Source: an uncultured Chloroflexia bacterium
GTDB lineage: Bacteria; Chloroflexota; Chloroflexia; Chloroflexales; Herpetosiphonaceae
Assembly: GCA_963767035.1 (NCBI GenBank)
Contig: CAVYBW010000001.1
Location: forward strand, 2,118,547 to 2,182,546
DNA length: 64,000 nucleotides
Direction: 5' to 3'
In this document: positions 30,844-41,466 of the stretch, in pieces
Numbering within the stretch: the stretch's first letter is position 1
Layout of the letters: each line of letters begins with the position of its first letter
Made by a program: the position numbers and the translations under genes
The notes under the pieces: generated by a model
Seen by the model: only the letters and a program-made list of their open reading frames with translations
Told to the model about the DNA's origin: nothing
Databases searched by the model: none

Positions 30844-32580
30844 CTACGTTCTTTTCTGCTCTTTTTTTGGCTCCACTCGCAGAGTTTGCTCGGCGGTATA
30901 GCGCACCAAGCCGGGCGGACCGCCTTTGATTTTGCGCACATGTTTGCGCAAGGCAATATCGACCTCAACTGCGCCATCGTTGCGGGCCGATGAATAGTAG
31001 GCGGCCAGTTGGGCGGCTTGCTCAAGCGTGCGCGGTGGCACGTTGGCCGCTTGCATGCGAATGATCACATGACCGCCAGTGCGTTCGCGCACATGCAACC
31101 AATAATCCTCAGGCTGACCAAGTTTGAAGGTCACTTCATCATTTTGATCAGCGGTACGCCCCACGAAAATCGTCCAGCCATCGGGCGAAATCACCCGCAA
31201 TGGGCCACGGCCAACACTCGAATTGGGCTTGCTTTTGGCTTTACCAATCGTTTGGCGCAACCAACCACCAGCAATCAATTCGCGTTCAAATTGCTCGATT
31301 TCAGCGAAGCTTTCGGCCAAACTCAGTAGATCGTTGGTTTGCTGGAGATATTCGGCTTGGGCTTCGGTTTGCTCCAAAAGCTGTGGTACATCTTCTAAAG
31401 CTCCTTTGGCCTTGTCGTACTCGCGAAAACGGGCTTGAGCGTTCTCTACCGCAGACAATTTTGGATCAAGCGTGATTACGCCTTGATCGAGCAATAATTC
31501 GCTTTGACCAGGCTTGATTGCATAGATATAGCCAAAAATCATCTCGCCTTCCCAGCGCAAACGCTCAAGCTGCTCGACCCGCGCCAATTGGGTGCGCAAT
31601 TGGTCGGCTTTGGTTTTGATTCGGCGTTGAGCTTCGGAAACCCGTTCGAGCAAGGCCTCACGGCGTTGCGCATGGGCCGTCACTTGATCAAGCTCGGCAA
31701 ACGCTGTCGCCAACGCTTCATTCATACTCGCGAATACTTCAGTTTGCGCTTGGTGCTGCAACTGAAAGGCCGCGATGCCTATTGGCCTGCCTTCGGCGTT
31801 GCGGGCCAAGGTTGGCTCAATTGTCGTAAGGCTGGTCAGGTCGCGCAAAACCTGGGCGATGCGCTCAAAATCAAGCTCAGGTGTTAGCTCGATAGTGGCT
31901 ACGCCTGTTGCCCGCCAAGCAATTTCGCGGCCAGTTTGCGGTGCAACCCCGCTATATTCAGTCACCAAGGCTTTGGCCAAATCACCGCCTAAGGCTGATA
32001 GCTCGGCGGCAGTTGCCGTGCGCGGGTCACGCTTGCCTTGGCTGGGCGGCGCTTCGTAGATGCCGCGCGGCATGATCGGGCGCTGTGAGCGTTGCGGGTT
32101 ATAGTGACGGATGCTTTCCAAGACCAAGCCATTATCATCAACCAGAATAATATTTGATGAATGGCCGATAATTTCTAGTACCAACTCACTATAACGCGGC
32201 GTAAGCATCACCTCATCGTCGTCATCCTCATCAGGCTCTAGTTCCTTGCGAGGAATTGGCATCTTGGCTATACTGAGCGAAATAACCCGTTCCAATGGCG
32301 CAGATTCGATCTTCGTTATTCGTCCGCCACGAACATATTTGCGTAACAATAACAATAAAGGCGAATCGGCATTGGGATCACGGGTTAGTTTGGTTGGCAC
32401 GGTATGCATCCGGGCAAATTTCGCATTGGCTGAAAGTAATAATTGATGGCGCTGGCCATCGACATAGACTTCAAAGCCCACGCTATCGGGATTCGGCAAA
32501 ACAACTTGTTGAATTTTGCCACCAACCAAGATTTGTAATTCAGCGACGATCGCTGCAACAACGAGCGCATCAATGTGCAT
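30844..32580 (-). CDS. NFACT-family ribosome quality control protein (RqcH/FbpA-like)
   Basis: N-terminal MHIDALVVAAIVAEL... NFACT-N domain, coiled coils, and a C-terminal NFACT-R/DUF814 region (GGHVIIR). Confidence 0.75.
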   Translation of the reverse strand: MHIDALVVAAIVAELQILVGGKIQQVVLPNPDSVGFEVYVDGQRHQLLLSANAKFARMHTVPTKLTRDPNADSPLLLLLRKYVRGGRITKIESAPLERVISLSIAKMPIPRKELEPDEDDDDEVMLTPRYSELVLEIIGHSSNIILVDDNGLVLESIRHYNPQRSQRPIMPRGIYEAPPSQGKRDPRTATAAELSALGGDLAKALVTEYSGVAPQTGREIAWRATGVATIELTPELDFERIAQVLRDLTSLTTIEPTLARNAEGRPIGIAAFQLQHQAQTEVFASMNEALATAFAELDQVTAHAQRREALLERVSEAQRRIKTKADQLRTQLARVEQLERLRWEGEMIFGYIYAIKPGQSELLLDQGVITLDPKLSAVENAQARFREYDKAKGALEDVPQLLEQTEAQAEYLQQTNDLLSLAESFAEIEQFERELIAGGWLRQTIGKAKSKPNSSVGRGPLRVISPDGWTIFVGRTADQNDEVTFKLGQPEDYWLHVRERTGGHVIIRMQAANVPPRTLEQAAQLAAYYSSARNDGAVEVDIALRKHVRKIKGGPPGLVRYTAEQTLRVEPKKEQKRT

Positions 32581-32668
32581 AGACGATTCTCCTTCAATGG
32601 CTCAATCGTACTCAAGCATTGACAGAACGTCAATAATTCAGTTCACAACCCTTATATTAGGAGGCATT

Positions 32669-33301
32669 GTGTCACACCCAGAACTCAACCCGATTTTGCA
32701 CAACCAAGCTCCTGTGCCGCTGTTCGTAATTATTTCAGGCCCATCAGGGGTTGGCAAAGATACGGTGTTGATGCGAATGCGCGAATTTGGTATGCCCTTT
32801 CATTTTGTGGTCACCACCACCAGCCGCGGTCAACGGCCTGGCGAATTAGAGGGCTTTGATTATAATTTTATTTCCAAAGCCGAGTTTGAGACCATGATCG
32901 CCAATAACGACCTGTTGGAGCATGCGGTGGTCTATGGCGAATACAAGGGAATTCCCAAATCGCAGGTGCGCGATGCGCTTGCTAGCGGCAAAGATGTGAT
33001 TTTGCGGATCGACGTGCAGGGTGCTGCGACTATGCGCAAATTAGTGCCCGATGCGGTGTTGATTTTCATTGTGCCACCTTCGAGCGCCGAATTGGCCAAC
33101 CGCCTACGCCTACGCCGCACCGAATCGGCAGAGGGCTTAGAGCAACGCATGGCCCTCGCCGAAGAAGAAATGGGCCGCGTCGATGAATTCGATTATGTGG
33201 TAATGAACCCCGAATCGCGGCCCGACGAAGCTGCGAGTATGATTCAAGCCATTATTCGGGCTGAAAAATCGCGTATTCGCCCGCGCCGAATTAACCTCTA
33301 A
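32669..33301 (+). CDS. gmk: Guanylate kinase
   Basis: P-loop ISGPSGVGKDT, then TTTSRGQRPGELEGFDYNF. GTG start with RBS aggagg. Confidence 0.9.
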   Translation: MSHPELNPILHNQAPVPLFVIISGPSGVGKDTVLMRMREFGMPFHFVVTTTSRGQRPGELEGFDYNFISKAEFETMIANNDLLEHAVVYGEYKGIPKSQVRDALASGKDVILRIDVQGAATMRKLVPDAVLIFIVPPSSAELANRLRLRRTESAEGLEQRMALAEEEMGRVDEFDYVVMNPESRPDEAASMIQAIIRAEKSRIRPRRINL

Positions 33302-33474
33302 CTCCACAAATGGGCTTAATTGGCAAGGTATGGCTGGTTAAGCCCATTTCCTCAGCGTTTATTCATCAAACCAATACTTTCGTGCAAACCAAAAAACCTC
33401 TATAATACTTATTAATCTATGCTCCAGCGCAGGGTTGCATTGGAGTGTCTGTGTGGCTCCGAGGATTGAACAAC

Positions 33475-34320
33475 ATGACCACTGCATTGGTTACCGCCTC
33501 TACATCGAGTTTGCCAATGGAGCTTATTCAGCGCTATGGCATTGAATTAATTCCATTTACGATTCAATTTGTCGATGGCAATCTCCGCGAAAGCGAAGAT
33601 GTCTCGCTTGCTGAATTTTATCGCCGTTTAGTGCATGAAGATGTGATTCCAACAACTGCGCCTTCATCGGCAGGCCAGTTTATTAATTATTTTCGGCAAC
33701 ACCAAGCCGATGACATTATTATGATTCATGTTGGGTCGATGCTGAGCCAAAGCTATGCCAACGCCATGCAAGCCGCCTCACGGGTGCAAGGCCGCATGGT
33801 CTACAACATCGATTCGCGCCAATTTGCGCTTGGTACCGGTTTGTTGGTGCTCGAAGCTGCCGAAGCCTTGGCCAGTGGGGCAAGCGCCGCGGCAATTGTT
33901 TCGCAAATCGAGCATCAAATTCCCAATATTTTAACGATCGCCTCGCTGCAAACTGTGCGCTATTTGCGGCTCAGTGGTCGCTTGGGCCGCATCGGCGCAA
34001 TGGCGGCCTCGCTCTTGGGCATCTACCCAATTTTGGGCCTCGACCGCAAAGGCCAAGCCGAAATGGTTGGGCGCGCTCGCTCGCGAGCCGATTCACTGAC
34101 CATGATGATTCAACAAGCAAAAGAGTTTGTGGGCAGCGCCAAAATTCGGCGCATGGGCATTTTGCACACCAACGTTCAAGCCGAAGCCGAAGTCTTTGCC
34201 CAACAGGTTTCCGAGCATTTTCCAGGCATCCCGTTGTTAATTTCCGATGCCGGCCCAGTTTTGGCCGTCCATGGCGGGCCGGGCGCGTTGGGTATTTCGG
34301 TATTGCGAGAAGAAGCCTAA
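33475..34320 (+). CDS. DegV-family fatty-acid-binding protein
   Basis: The DegV fold is recognisable through the whole length (TTAPSSAGQF, IHVGSMLSQSY). Confidence 0.85.
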   Translation: MTTALVTASTSSLPMELIQRYGIELIPFTIQFVDGNLRESEDVSLAEFYRRLVHEDVIPTTAPSSAGQFINYFRQHQADDIIMIHVGSMLSQSYANAMQAASRVQGRMVYNIDSRQFALGTGLLVLEAAEALASGASAAAIVSQIEHQIPNILTIASLQTVRYLRLSGRLGRIGAMAASLLGIYPILGLDRKGQAEMVGRARSRADSLTMMIQQAKEFVGSAKIRRMGILHTNVQAEAEVFAQQVSEHFPGIPLLISDAGPVLAVHGGPGALGISVLREEA

Positions 34321-34323
34321 GTT

Positions 34324-35208
34324 ATGCATTTGTTTCGTCGCGTTCCCAGCATTCACGATTTGGCGATGCGGCCACTAGTTGAGAGCGATCTCGCACCGCT
34401 GATGGGTTTGCTTGAGCAAACACCATGGGCTTCGCTTTCGATTCCCCACGATGAGTTTCGCTTAACGATTAATGATCAGCTGAGTATTGTGTTGGAATAC
34501 AACGGCAAATTGTGGGGCTGCGTGCTGATGGGCTTTGCAGTTGGTCCAATTGCTTGGATTCGAGCACTGATTGTGCATCATTCGTTGCGCCCAGCCGAGG
34601 CAGTGAGCCAATTTTTACAGGCCGCCGAAGGCTACGTCAAAGCTCGCGGCGTTGAGCGCTTGTTGCTTATGAGCGATGAGCGCGATGCCAGCTGGCTCCT
34701 GCCATGGGTGCTGCACGAGGGCTATCAGCCCCAACTTGATGTGGTGGGCTACGAAAAACGCGCAATGCAGATTCCAGCTTGGGGCAATACCGGGGCTTGG
34801 ATTCGCCCAGCAACCACCGACGACGTGCCCATGATTGCCACAATCGATGCGGCGGCCTTTGCCGACGAATGGGTCAAAAATAGTACGATCTTGGCAGGCG
34901 TTTTTCCGGTTGCGCCCTTCTATATTGTGGCCGAACTCAACCAAACGATTGTTGGCTATGCCTTTGCCACCGTGCACCATGGCGGCATGATGGCGCATTT
35001 GGTGCGGATTGCGGTTGATCCACGGTTGCAAGGCCAAGGCATTGGGGTGCGGCTTTTGGCCGAATTGGTCGATTGGTGTAGTTTAAATGGCGTGCAATTG
35101 CTCTCGCTGAATACCCAAAATACCAACCAACATGCCCAACGGCTGTATGAGTGGTTTGGGTTTATGCGCAATGGCGAACGCCAAACCGTGTTAGTCAAAA
35201 ACTTGTAG
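34324..35208 (+). CDS. GNAT-family acetyltransferase (two-domain)
   Basis: C-terminal motif [17 protein letters not shown]...RLYEWFGF. Confidence 0.65.
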   Translation: MHLFRRVPSIHDLAMRPLVESDLAPLMGLLEQTPWASLSIPHDEFRLTINDQLSIVLEYNGKLWGCVLMGFAVGPIAWIRALIVHHSLRPAEAVSQFLQAAEGYVKARGVERLLLMSDERDASWLLPWVLHEGYQPQLDVVGYEKRAMQIPAWGNTGAWIRPATTDDVPMIATIDAAAFADEWVKNSTILAGVFPVAPFYIVAELNQTIVGYAFATVHHGGMMAHLVRIAVDPRLQGQGIGVRLLAELVDWCSLNGVQLLSLNTQNTNQHAQRLYEWFGFMRNGERQTVLVKNL

Positions 35209-35239
35209 AACCTGCTCATTTTTCGGGAGGATCTTAGAA

Positions 35240-36223
35240 GTGAAACATGTGCAAGAGATAGCTCATCGCGTAGCTGCGAATGTCGAAAAAGTGATTATCG
35301 GCAAGCGCGCTGCGGTAGATTTAACCCTAATTGCCTTGCTTTGTCGCGGGCATGTGCTGCTCGAAGATGTGCCAGGCGTTGGCAAAACCACCCTTGCCAA
35401 GACAATTGCCCGCAGCATCGGCTGTAGTTTCAAGCGCATTCAGTTCACCCCCGACCTGTTGCCAACCGATGTGAGCGGGGTTTCGATTTACAATCAAAAG
35501 TCGGGCGAATTTGAGTTTCGGCCAGGGCCAATTATTGCCAACTTAGTGCTGGCCGATGAAATTAATCGTGCCACACCCAAAACCCAATCGGCATTGCTCG
35601 AAAGCATGGAAGAAGGCCAATTGACGGTCGATGGCATTACCCGCCTATTGCCGCAGCCATTTATTGTGCTGGCCACCCAAAACCCCATTGAATACGAAGG
35701 TACCTTTCCGCTGCCTGAAGCGCAACTCGATCGCTTTTTGCTGCGGATTACGCTAGGCTATCCTGCCAAGGCCGATGAATTGGCGATTTTGGAAAGCCAA
35801 CGCAAATCACATCCGATCGATGCGCTTGAGCAAGTGGTAACGCTCGAAGAATTGCAACATATGCAATCTGAGATTCGCGATGTCTATGTTGATGAGCAGA
35901 TCAAAGAATATATTGTGGCGATTACCACTGCAACCCGCAACAATAGCGATGTCTATCTTGGCGCTAGCCCACGTGGCTCGTTGGCACTCTATCGCACCTC
36001 ACAAGCCTTGGCGGCCTTGCAAGGTCGCGATTATGTCATCCCCGATGATATTAAGTTGCTGGTCAAGCCGGTTTTGGCTCACCGCATGATCATCAGCCCA
36101 GCCGCACGGATTCGCAACATCCATGCTGATGAATTGATCCAGCAAATTTTGAGCCAAGTGCCAGTACCAGGTGCACGCGCTGGGCGACGATATGAGCGGC
36201 AGCATCCAGCAGTTGCGCAATAG
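35240..36223 (+). CDS. MoxR-like AAA+ ATPase
   Basis: Walker [14 protein letters not shown], Walker B LADEINRA, and sensor motifs. Typical size (327 aa). Confidence 0.9.
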   Translation: MKHVQEIAHRVAANVEKVIIGKRAAVDLTLIALLCRGHVLLEDVPGVGKTTLAKTIARSIGCSFKRIQFTPDLLPTDVSGVSIYNQKSGEFEFRPGPIIANLVLADEINRATPKTQSALLESMEEGQLTVDGITRLLPQPFIVLATQNPIEYEGTFPLPEAQLDRFLLRITLGYPAKADELAILESQRKSHPIDALEQVVTLEELQHMQSEIRDVYVDEQIKEYIVAITTATRNNSDVYLGASPRGSLALYRTSQALAALQGRDYVIPDDIKLLVKPVLAHRMIISPAARIRNIHADELIQQILSQVPVPGARAGRRYERQHPAVAQ

Positions 36224-36232
36224 GGGCAGCAT

Positions 36233-37492
36233 ATGCGGGCATTAGGCATTTTGAGCTTGGCCGTGGTGCTGTTTCTGACCGGCCTTTCGAGTAATATTCC
36301 CTTCTTTTACTACTTGACCTATACCCTGCTTGGGTTGTTGGTGATTGCCTATGCCTGGGCTTGGAGCAATCTCGAAGGGCTGGAGATCGAGCGCGAATCG
36401 AGCACCACCCGCGCCCAAGTTGGCGAAACTGTGCGCGAACGGATCACAATTTACAATACATGGCCGTTGCCTAAACTCTGGGTTGAAGTGCGCGATCACT
36501 CGGATTTACCATCGCATGGATCGGGCTTTGTGAGCTATATTCCTGGCCGCGAAAAACGTCGCTGGATGGTACGCACGCCCTGTACTTTGCGCGGCAAATG
36601 GCGTTTGGGGCCAGTTTCAGTCCGCAGCGGCGACCCCTTTGGCATCTTCCAACTGCATAAAATGGTCGATCTGACCCATGATTTATTGGTCTATCCAGCG
36701 ACCGTCGATTTGCCCAAATTTGAGCTACCAACCGCCGAGTTAATTGGCGGCCAAGATGTGCGTTCGCGGACGTTTCACGTTACGCCGAATGTTTCAACCG
36801 TGCGGCAATATGTGCCAGGCGATAGTTTCAACCGCATTCACTGGCGTTCGACGGCCCGAACTGGCGCGTTGATGGTCAAGGAATTTGAGCTTGATCCTTC
36901 GGCGGATGTTTGGATCATCTTGGATATGGAAGAACGCTTTCACCATGGCCAGCCCGATGCAGCGATTCCAGCGATTATCAAAACTCTGCAAGGCAAGATT
37001 GCTATTCCCAATACCACCGAGGAATATAGCATCACTTTGGCGGCTTCGTTGGCGCGGCATTTGTTGCGGCTCAATCGCAGCGTGGGCTTGCTGACCTATG
37101 GCGCACAGCGTGAAATTATTCTGCCTGAGCGCGAAGCTCGCCAACTTTACAAAATTTTAGAGCCATTGGCGATGTTGCATGCAACAAGTAACACTTCGTT
37201 GGCTGAATTATTAGCCGCCGAAAGCCAGCGTTTTGGCCGCAACGCTTCGTTATTGATCATCACAGCGGCGCTTGATGAACGCTGGGTTGCTGCCGTGCAA
37301 CGCTTGGTCTATCGCGGCGCACGAGCTTCGATTATGTTTCTCGATGGCAAATCGTTTGGCGGCTGGCGCGACCCTGAGCCAACCTTTGTACGGCTCGCCG
37401 AGCTGCGCGTGCCAGTTTATCGTATTCATGCTGGCGATGGCTTAGATCGCGCCTTGGCCGAGCCAGCAATTCGTGCAATGGGCCGGAGTTAA
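36233..37492 (+). CDS. DUF58-family protein (MoxR-associated, vWA-like)
   Basis: Two N-terminal TM helices and the DUF58 core motif DSFNRIHWRSTARTGALMVKEFE. Located immediately 3' of MoxR. Confidence 0.8.
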   Translation: MRALGILSLAVVLFLTGLSSNIPFFYYLTYTLLGLLVIAYAWAWSNLEGLEIERESSTTRAQVGETVRERITIYNTWPLPKLWVEVRDHSDLPSHGSGFVSYIPGREKRRWMVRTPCTLRGKWRLGPVSVRSGDPFGIFQLHKMVDLTHDLLVYPATVDLPKFELPTAELIGGQDVRSRTFHVTPNVSTVRQYVPGDSFNRIHWRSTARTGALMVKEFELDPSADVWIILDMEERFHHGQPDAAIPAIIKTLQGKIAIPNTTEEYSITLAASLARHLLRLNRSVGLLTYGAQREIILPEREARQLYKILEPLAMLHATSNTSLAELLAAESQRFGRNASLLIITAALDERWVAAVQRLVYRGARASIMFLDGKSFGGWRDPEPTFVRLAELRVPVYRIHAGDGLDRALAEPAIRAMGRS

Positions 37493-37494
37493 CC

Positions 37495-38175
37495 ATGACA
37501 CAACCCCAAACGCCAGTTGAATTACGCCCAGCTAATGCCAACGATTTAGCAATTTTGGGCGAACTGTTGCTCGATTTGTACGATGCTGAATTGCCAAATT
37601 CGTTGCGTGGAGCCGATAGCCAACGCCAAGCGTTATTGCGCTATACCTTGCATGCCAATAATTTTGCTGGGGTGCGGGGGCGCTATCTAGCGCTCAATCA
37701 AGCAGGCGAAGTGATCGGCATGGCTGGGATTCAATTTCCCAACGAGCCAGCCCCCGATCGCATCCCGCGTGGCACGTTGAATATGGCTGTACAACTGCTG
37801 GGCTTGAAACACACCTTGCATCTTTTGAGCACAGTCGCGGCCTCAATGCTCATGCCACCGCCCAAATTCGACCCCAACTACGCCTATGTTCATGGCATTG
37901 TGGTGCGATCGCAGCAACGTGGGCAAGGCTATGGCGGAGCGATTATGCAAGCAGTTGAGCAGCAATTAGTTGCCCGCAAGGTTGCTGGTGCCCAACTACA
38001 AGTGATTGTTGATAACCAGCAAGCAGCTAAATTATATGAACGCTTGGGCTATCGCACGGTCTATCGTTCGCCCAAATGGCTCGATCGCGTGACGATTGCG
38101 AATATTTTGATGCAAAAACCGTTGGCAGATCAGATCATAAGGACTAGCCCTATCGAAAATCTCTACAAAGAGTAG
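37495..38175 (+). CDS. GNAT-family N-acetyltransferase
   Basis: Motif A QRGQGYGGAIMQAV...AKLYERLGY. Confidence 0.65.
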   Translation: MTQPQTPVELRPANANDLAILGELLLDLYDAELPNSLRGADSQRQALLRYTLHANNFAGVRGRYLALNQAGEVIGMAGIQFPNEPAPDRIPRGTLNMAVQLLGLKHTLHLLSTVAASMLMPPPKFDPNYAYVHGIVVRSQQRGQGYGGAIMQAVEQQLVARKVAGAQLQVIVDNQQAAKLYERLGYRTVYRSPKWLDRVTIANILMQKPLADQIIRTSPIENLYKE

Positions 38176-38184
38176 GAGAAAATT

Positions 38185-38949
38185 ATGCCTATATCTGATG
38201 ATGAACGCCCAATACAAATTACAATTACAGACTACAAACAACCAGATTTATTTAATATACAACGCTTAATGTGTCCTCATTGTGGCTTAATTTTCGATTT
38301 TCAGTTTCCATTGGATGATGAACCATTAGGATGGCCTAGTTTATCTGACGAACCTTATTATTCCGAAACATATTTTGATGATTTAGGAAATCCTTATGAG
38401 ATTATCGAAAAAACTCCTAATATTACTAAAAACTGTAGAAGATGCGGTCTGGAGATAAAAGAAGATACTCTTATATTAATTAATATTTCCAAATTAATAA
38501 ATTTTGATGATATTAGAACAATAATAAAAGATGGCGAAGGAGAAAATTTAGAGTTAAAATTACAAATGATAGAAAAAATAAAATTAGCAAAAATCATAGG
38601 ATCATTTGCGAATAAAAGAGGGGGAACGATTATCATTGGAGTAGATGATAAAAGTAGAGAAATCGAAGGGATAGAGAACCTATCGAATCATACTCAAAAA
38701 GAAACAATTATAGCTGAAGTAAAAAATGCCCAATCAAATATACAACCACAACCACAATATCACCTGAATTTTATTGAAGATAATAACAAAATAATTTTAG
38801 TTATCACCATACCTGTTTCAAGATACATATGTTATGTACGAGGAAAAGTTCCAATAAGAGAAGGTCATTCTTCGGAATCGACAAATGATCCAGCCAAAAT
38901 AGCTAATTTAAGGGAGTATCGCAAACAAACTTATAATTTTGATGAATAA
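38185..38949 (+). CDS. Zn-ribbon plus AlbA_2 (Schlafen-like 'putative DNA-binding', PF04326-type) domain protein
   Basis: CPHCG...CRRCG zinc-ribbon pairs in the N-terminal 100 aa. Then GENLELK...SFANKRGGTIIIGVDDKSREIEGI...KIILVITIPVS...YVRGKVPIREGHSSE, matching the AlbA_2 core. The coding DNA is about 30% GC against about 50% genome background. Confidence 0.75.
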   Translation: MPISDDERPIQITITDYKQPDLFNIQRLMCPHCGLIFDFQFPLDDEPLGWPSLSDEPYYSETYFDDLGNPYEIIEKTPNITKNCRRCGLEIKEDTLILINISKLINFDDIRTIIKDGEGENLELKLQMIEKIKLAKIIGSFANKRGGTIIIGVDDKSREIEGIENLSNHTQKETIIAEVKNAQSNIQPQPQYHLNFIEDNNKIILVITIPVSRYICYVRGKVPIREGHSSESTNDPAKIANLREYRKQTYNFDE

Positions 38950-38972
38950 ATAATTCGAGAAAGAGGTCGAGA

Positions 38973-39728
38973 ATGTATGAAGTTGCCCATGCACGCCCGC
39001 AACGGCTACGAATTCCGGTGGTTACATGGATTTATTGGATTGGCGTGCATATTCCAGCGCTGCTGTTGTATGCCCTAGTAACACCTTACTTTTACCAAGA
39101 TTATCCAGATGGTGGCGAATTATTTATTTTCGGCTTGATGATTGGACTCACATTAATCGCCATTGGTAGCATGAGTTATGGACAGGCTTGGATCTTAAGA
39201 CGGACAATCGATCCAAATTTATTCAAGCCATGGTTTAGAGCAACGCTTGGAGCATATTGTGTAATGAGTATTGCAAAATATATGCTGAGCATCGATTATC
39301 TACTCTTTTCAATGTTTCGCAATCCTGGTACGCACAACTCCCTCGTCCAATGGCTGCGACCACAATTAATCTCTATTACCATCACATGTTTGGTGCTTAG
39401 CAGCATTCAAGCCTTTCTATTACGTAAAGCTGGCTATCGAATGCTGCATTGGGTGCCAATAATGTTGGTTAGTTGGCTAACTGCTTCGCTAACAATCGCC
39501 TCGTTTAACATTTTGCTCTCTGAGGCTCTATCTGGAACAACGGCGATTGTGATGGGTTGCGCCAGTGTGCTCAATGGTTTGGGGCTTTTTCTGATTCAAC
39601 CTAAAGGAACTAATTTAGGCTCAATAACCTTCGTGTGCTTCGCGTTCTTCGTGGTTATAAACCCAGCGCTCAATTGCTACACTTCGACCACCGTGGATCA
39701 ATCGCTGATCCACGGTGGATTTAATTAA
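38973..39728 (+). CDS. Multi-pass membrane protein (6-7 TM), unknown function
   Basis: Hydrophobic helices throughout, reduced GC. The last 100 nt contain cttcgtg/cttcgcg repeat motifs and a palindrome, so the true C-terminus is uncertain. Confidence 0.45.
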   Translation: MYEVAHARPQRLRIPVVTWIYWIGVHIPALLLYALVTPYFYQDYPDGGELFIFGLMIGLTLIAIGSMSYGQAWILRRTIDPNLFKPWFRATLGAYCVMSIAKYMLSIDYLLFSMFRNPGTHNSLVQWLRPQLISITITCLVLSSIQAFLLRKAGYRMLHWVPIMLVSWLTASLTIASFNILLSEALSGTTAIVMGCASVLNGLGLFLIQPKGTNLGSITFVCFAFFVVINPALNCYTSTTVDQSLIHGGFN

Positions 39729-39729
39729 A

Positions 39730-40278
39730 TTAGGCTGACCAGCCCCAGCCAACCCCATCGGGTTTAGCCTCGGCATTGGGCATGGTGCGAGTCAAACGCC
39801 AAACTTGACGCGTGGTTGGGTCAGTAATTTGAAAAAGAGCTTGGGTTTCGGTTTGGTCAATCAACAAAAATTCGAGGTTTAAATTCGAAGGTGGGGTAGT
39901 GAGCAGCTGCTCAATTGCTTGGATGTAGCGTTGGGGCTGGTGGGTAAAAAGCTCATCGCCTTCGCCAAAACCTACGCTGAGCGCCTTCTGATCAAGCTCC
40001 AGCATAATCGCACTATTCAGCATGTCGGCGATTTCATGGGCGCTACTTTCTTCGCGATTGGTGCGAATACACACATATTCGGCCAAAGCGACCGGTTCAC
40101 CATGATCTTCAATTGAGTGCAATGGAAACGTAGCCAAGGGGAAGCCAAGCTGATCGGGGTGGAGCAGTTCTGATACGGCAGTACATGGTTGCGAATCCGT
40201 CGCCGCAATCACCAACCAGTGGTCGCGGGTTGGATGATGTAACAACATCCGGCGTTCCATAAAGACTCCTCTACGCAT
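39730..40278 (-). CDS. Hypothetical protein
   Basis: 182 aa ORF with normal GC and no recognised domain. Confidence 0.35.
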   Translation of the reverse strand: MRRGVFMERRMLLHHPTRDHWLVIAATDSQPCTAVSELLHPDQLGFPLATFPLHSIEDHGEPVALAEYVCIRTNREESSAHEIADMLNSAIMLELDQKALSVGFGEGDELFTHQPQRYIQAIEQLLTTPPSNLNLEFLLIDQTETQALFQITDPTTRQVWRLTRTMPNAEAKPDGVGWGWSA

Positions 40279-40512
40279 CGTTGAGAAAGGAGAATCAAAG
40301 TATAATGGATGTTTCTCGCAATGCGTACTATAGTATAACCCAAGTTATAAAAATAATTAATATATCGTTATGTATATAGATCGATAGATTAAAATCATTT
40401 CAGTTTTACCGAATGCTGATACCTCTGCAAGATTTGATATACAAGCACTGGATGTGCTTAGCAAGAATTGGCGCTTAACTAAAAATAACGTGCAATTACA
40501 CGTTATTTTTAG

Positions 40513-41416
40513 AAGCATATGGCCTTATTTAATTATTGAGCTACTACATCGCGCCGCAAACTAATCATTTCGTGTGCTAAACTAAAGCCAACTCGTTCGT
40601 ATAAACCACGGGCAGTTGGATTATCTTCATCAACCACTAATTCGAGTTCTTGAATTGCTGGCACGCTAAAGATCATGCTAAACAATGCTGCATAATCTTG
40701 GTTGCAATTCCACGGCCACGTGCAGCAGGCGCAACGCCCACAAATTCAATCCCTGCTTCGGCAAATTCTGGTTGTCGTTCAGTATGAATATAGCCAAGTA
40801 ATTGCTCGCCGTCACGCATAATAAATACTTGCCGGTCAGCATTTATGCGCTCAAGAATTTCGCTACCACTGTAGTAGGTTTTTGGAAATAATTGATCATG
40901 TAATTCACAGAACGCTGCGTGTAATTCAGCTGGCAATACTTCAACATCACCAGCAGTTACATGGTCTGTTAATTGTGAACGTTTGTAACTTAGGATTGCA
41001 TGGGTTTTGCGCTGATAAAATTGCTGGCGTGCCGCCCAATCGCGCACAAATTGGTTTTGCACATTGCAAAACATATCAATCATGGTGACGTGTGGCTTAA
41101 GCTCTGGCAGCAATTCGGCAAATAAGGCATCGGCAAGCGCAAAGCGCTCAGCACCCAAGGCAATTGGTCCCCACAAAAAAGCGCGGCCAGTATCCGAAAT
41201 TTGCTCCAAACCAATCAAGCCTTGGAATTGTTGATCATCAGTTGCCAAAGCAAATTGTTGCTCGATCGGAGATTCAAGCTCACGCCATGTTTGGGCAATT
41301 TGGTCGGCATGCGGGCCAGCAAACCCCAAGTGTGTGCTAGGATCATGCTGAAATTGGGCCATAAACGCGGCGGCTTGGTCAATTTGGGCTGGTTGCATAC
41401 GGCTAATCGTTGACAT
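40513..41416 (-). CDS. GNAT-family acetyltransferase with N-terminal extension (apparent frameshift)
   Basis: Motif A VGVAPAARGRGIATKIM in ORF 40673-41416. The GNAT C-terminus ...ARGLYERVGF continues in another frame down to 40513. The junction is at the aaa run 40680-40682 (ttt on the coding strand). Confidence 0.6.
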
Positions 41417-41466
41417 CTATCTACCTCACAGAACGCTATTTGGTACTAGGCTATTTTGTTGGTATC

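Noticed and set aside
33308-33350. Stem-loop after gmk (aaatgggcttaa ... ttaagcccattt)
   Set aside because: The loop is long (19 nt) and no U-tract follows, so it was not called as an intrinsic terminator.
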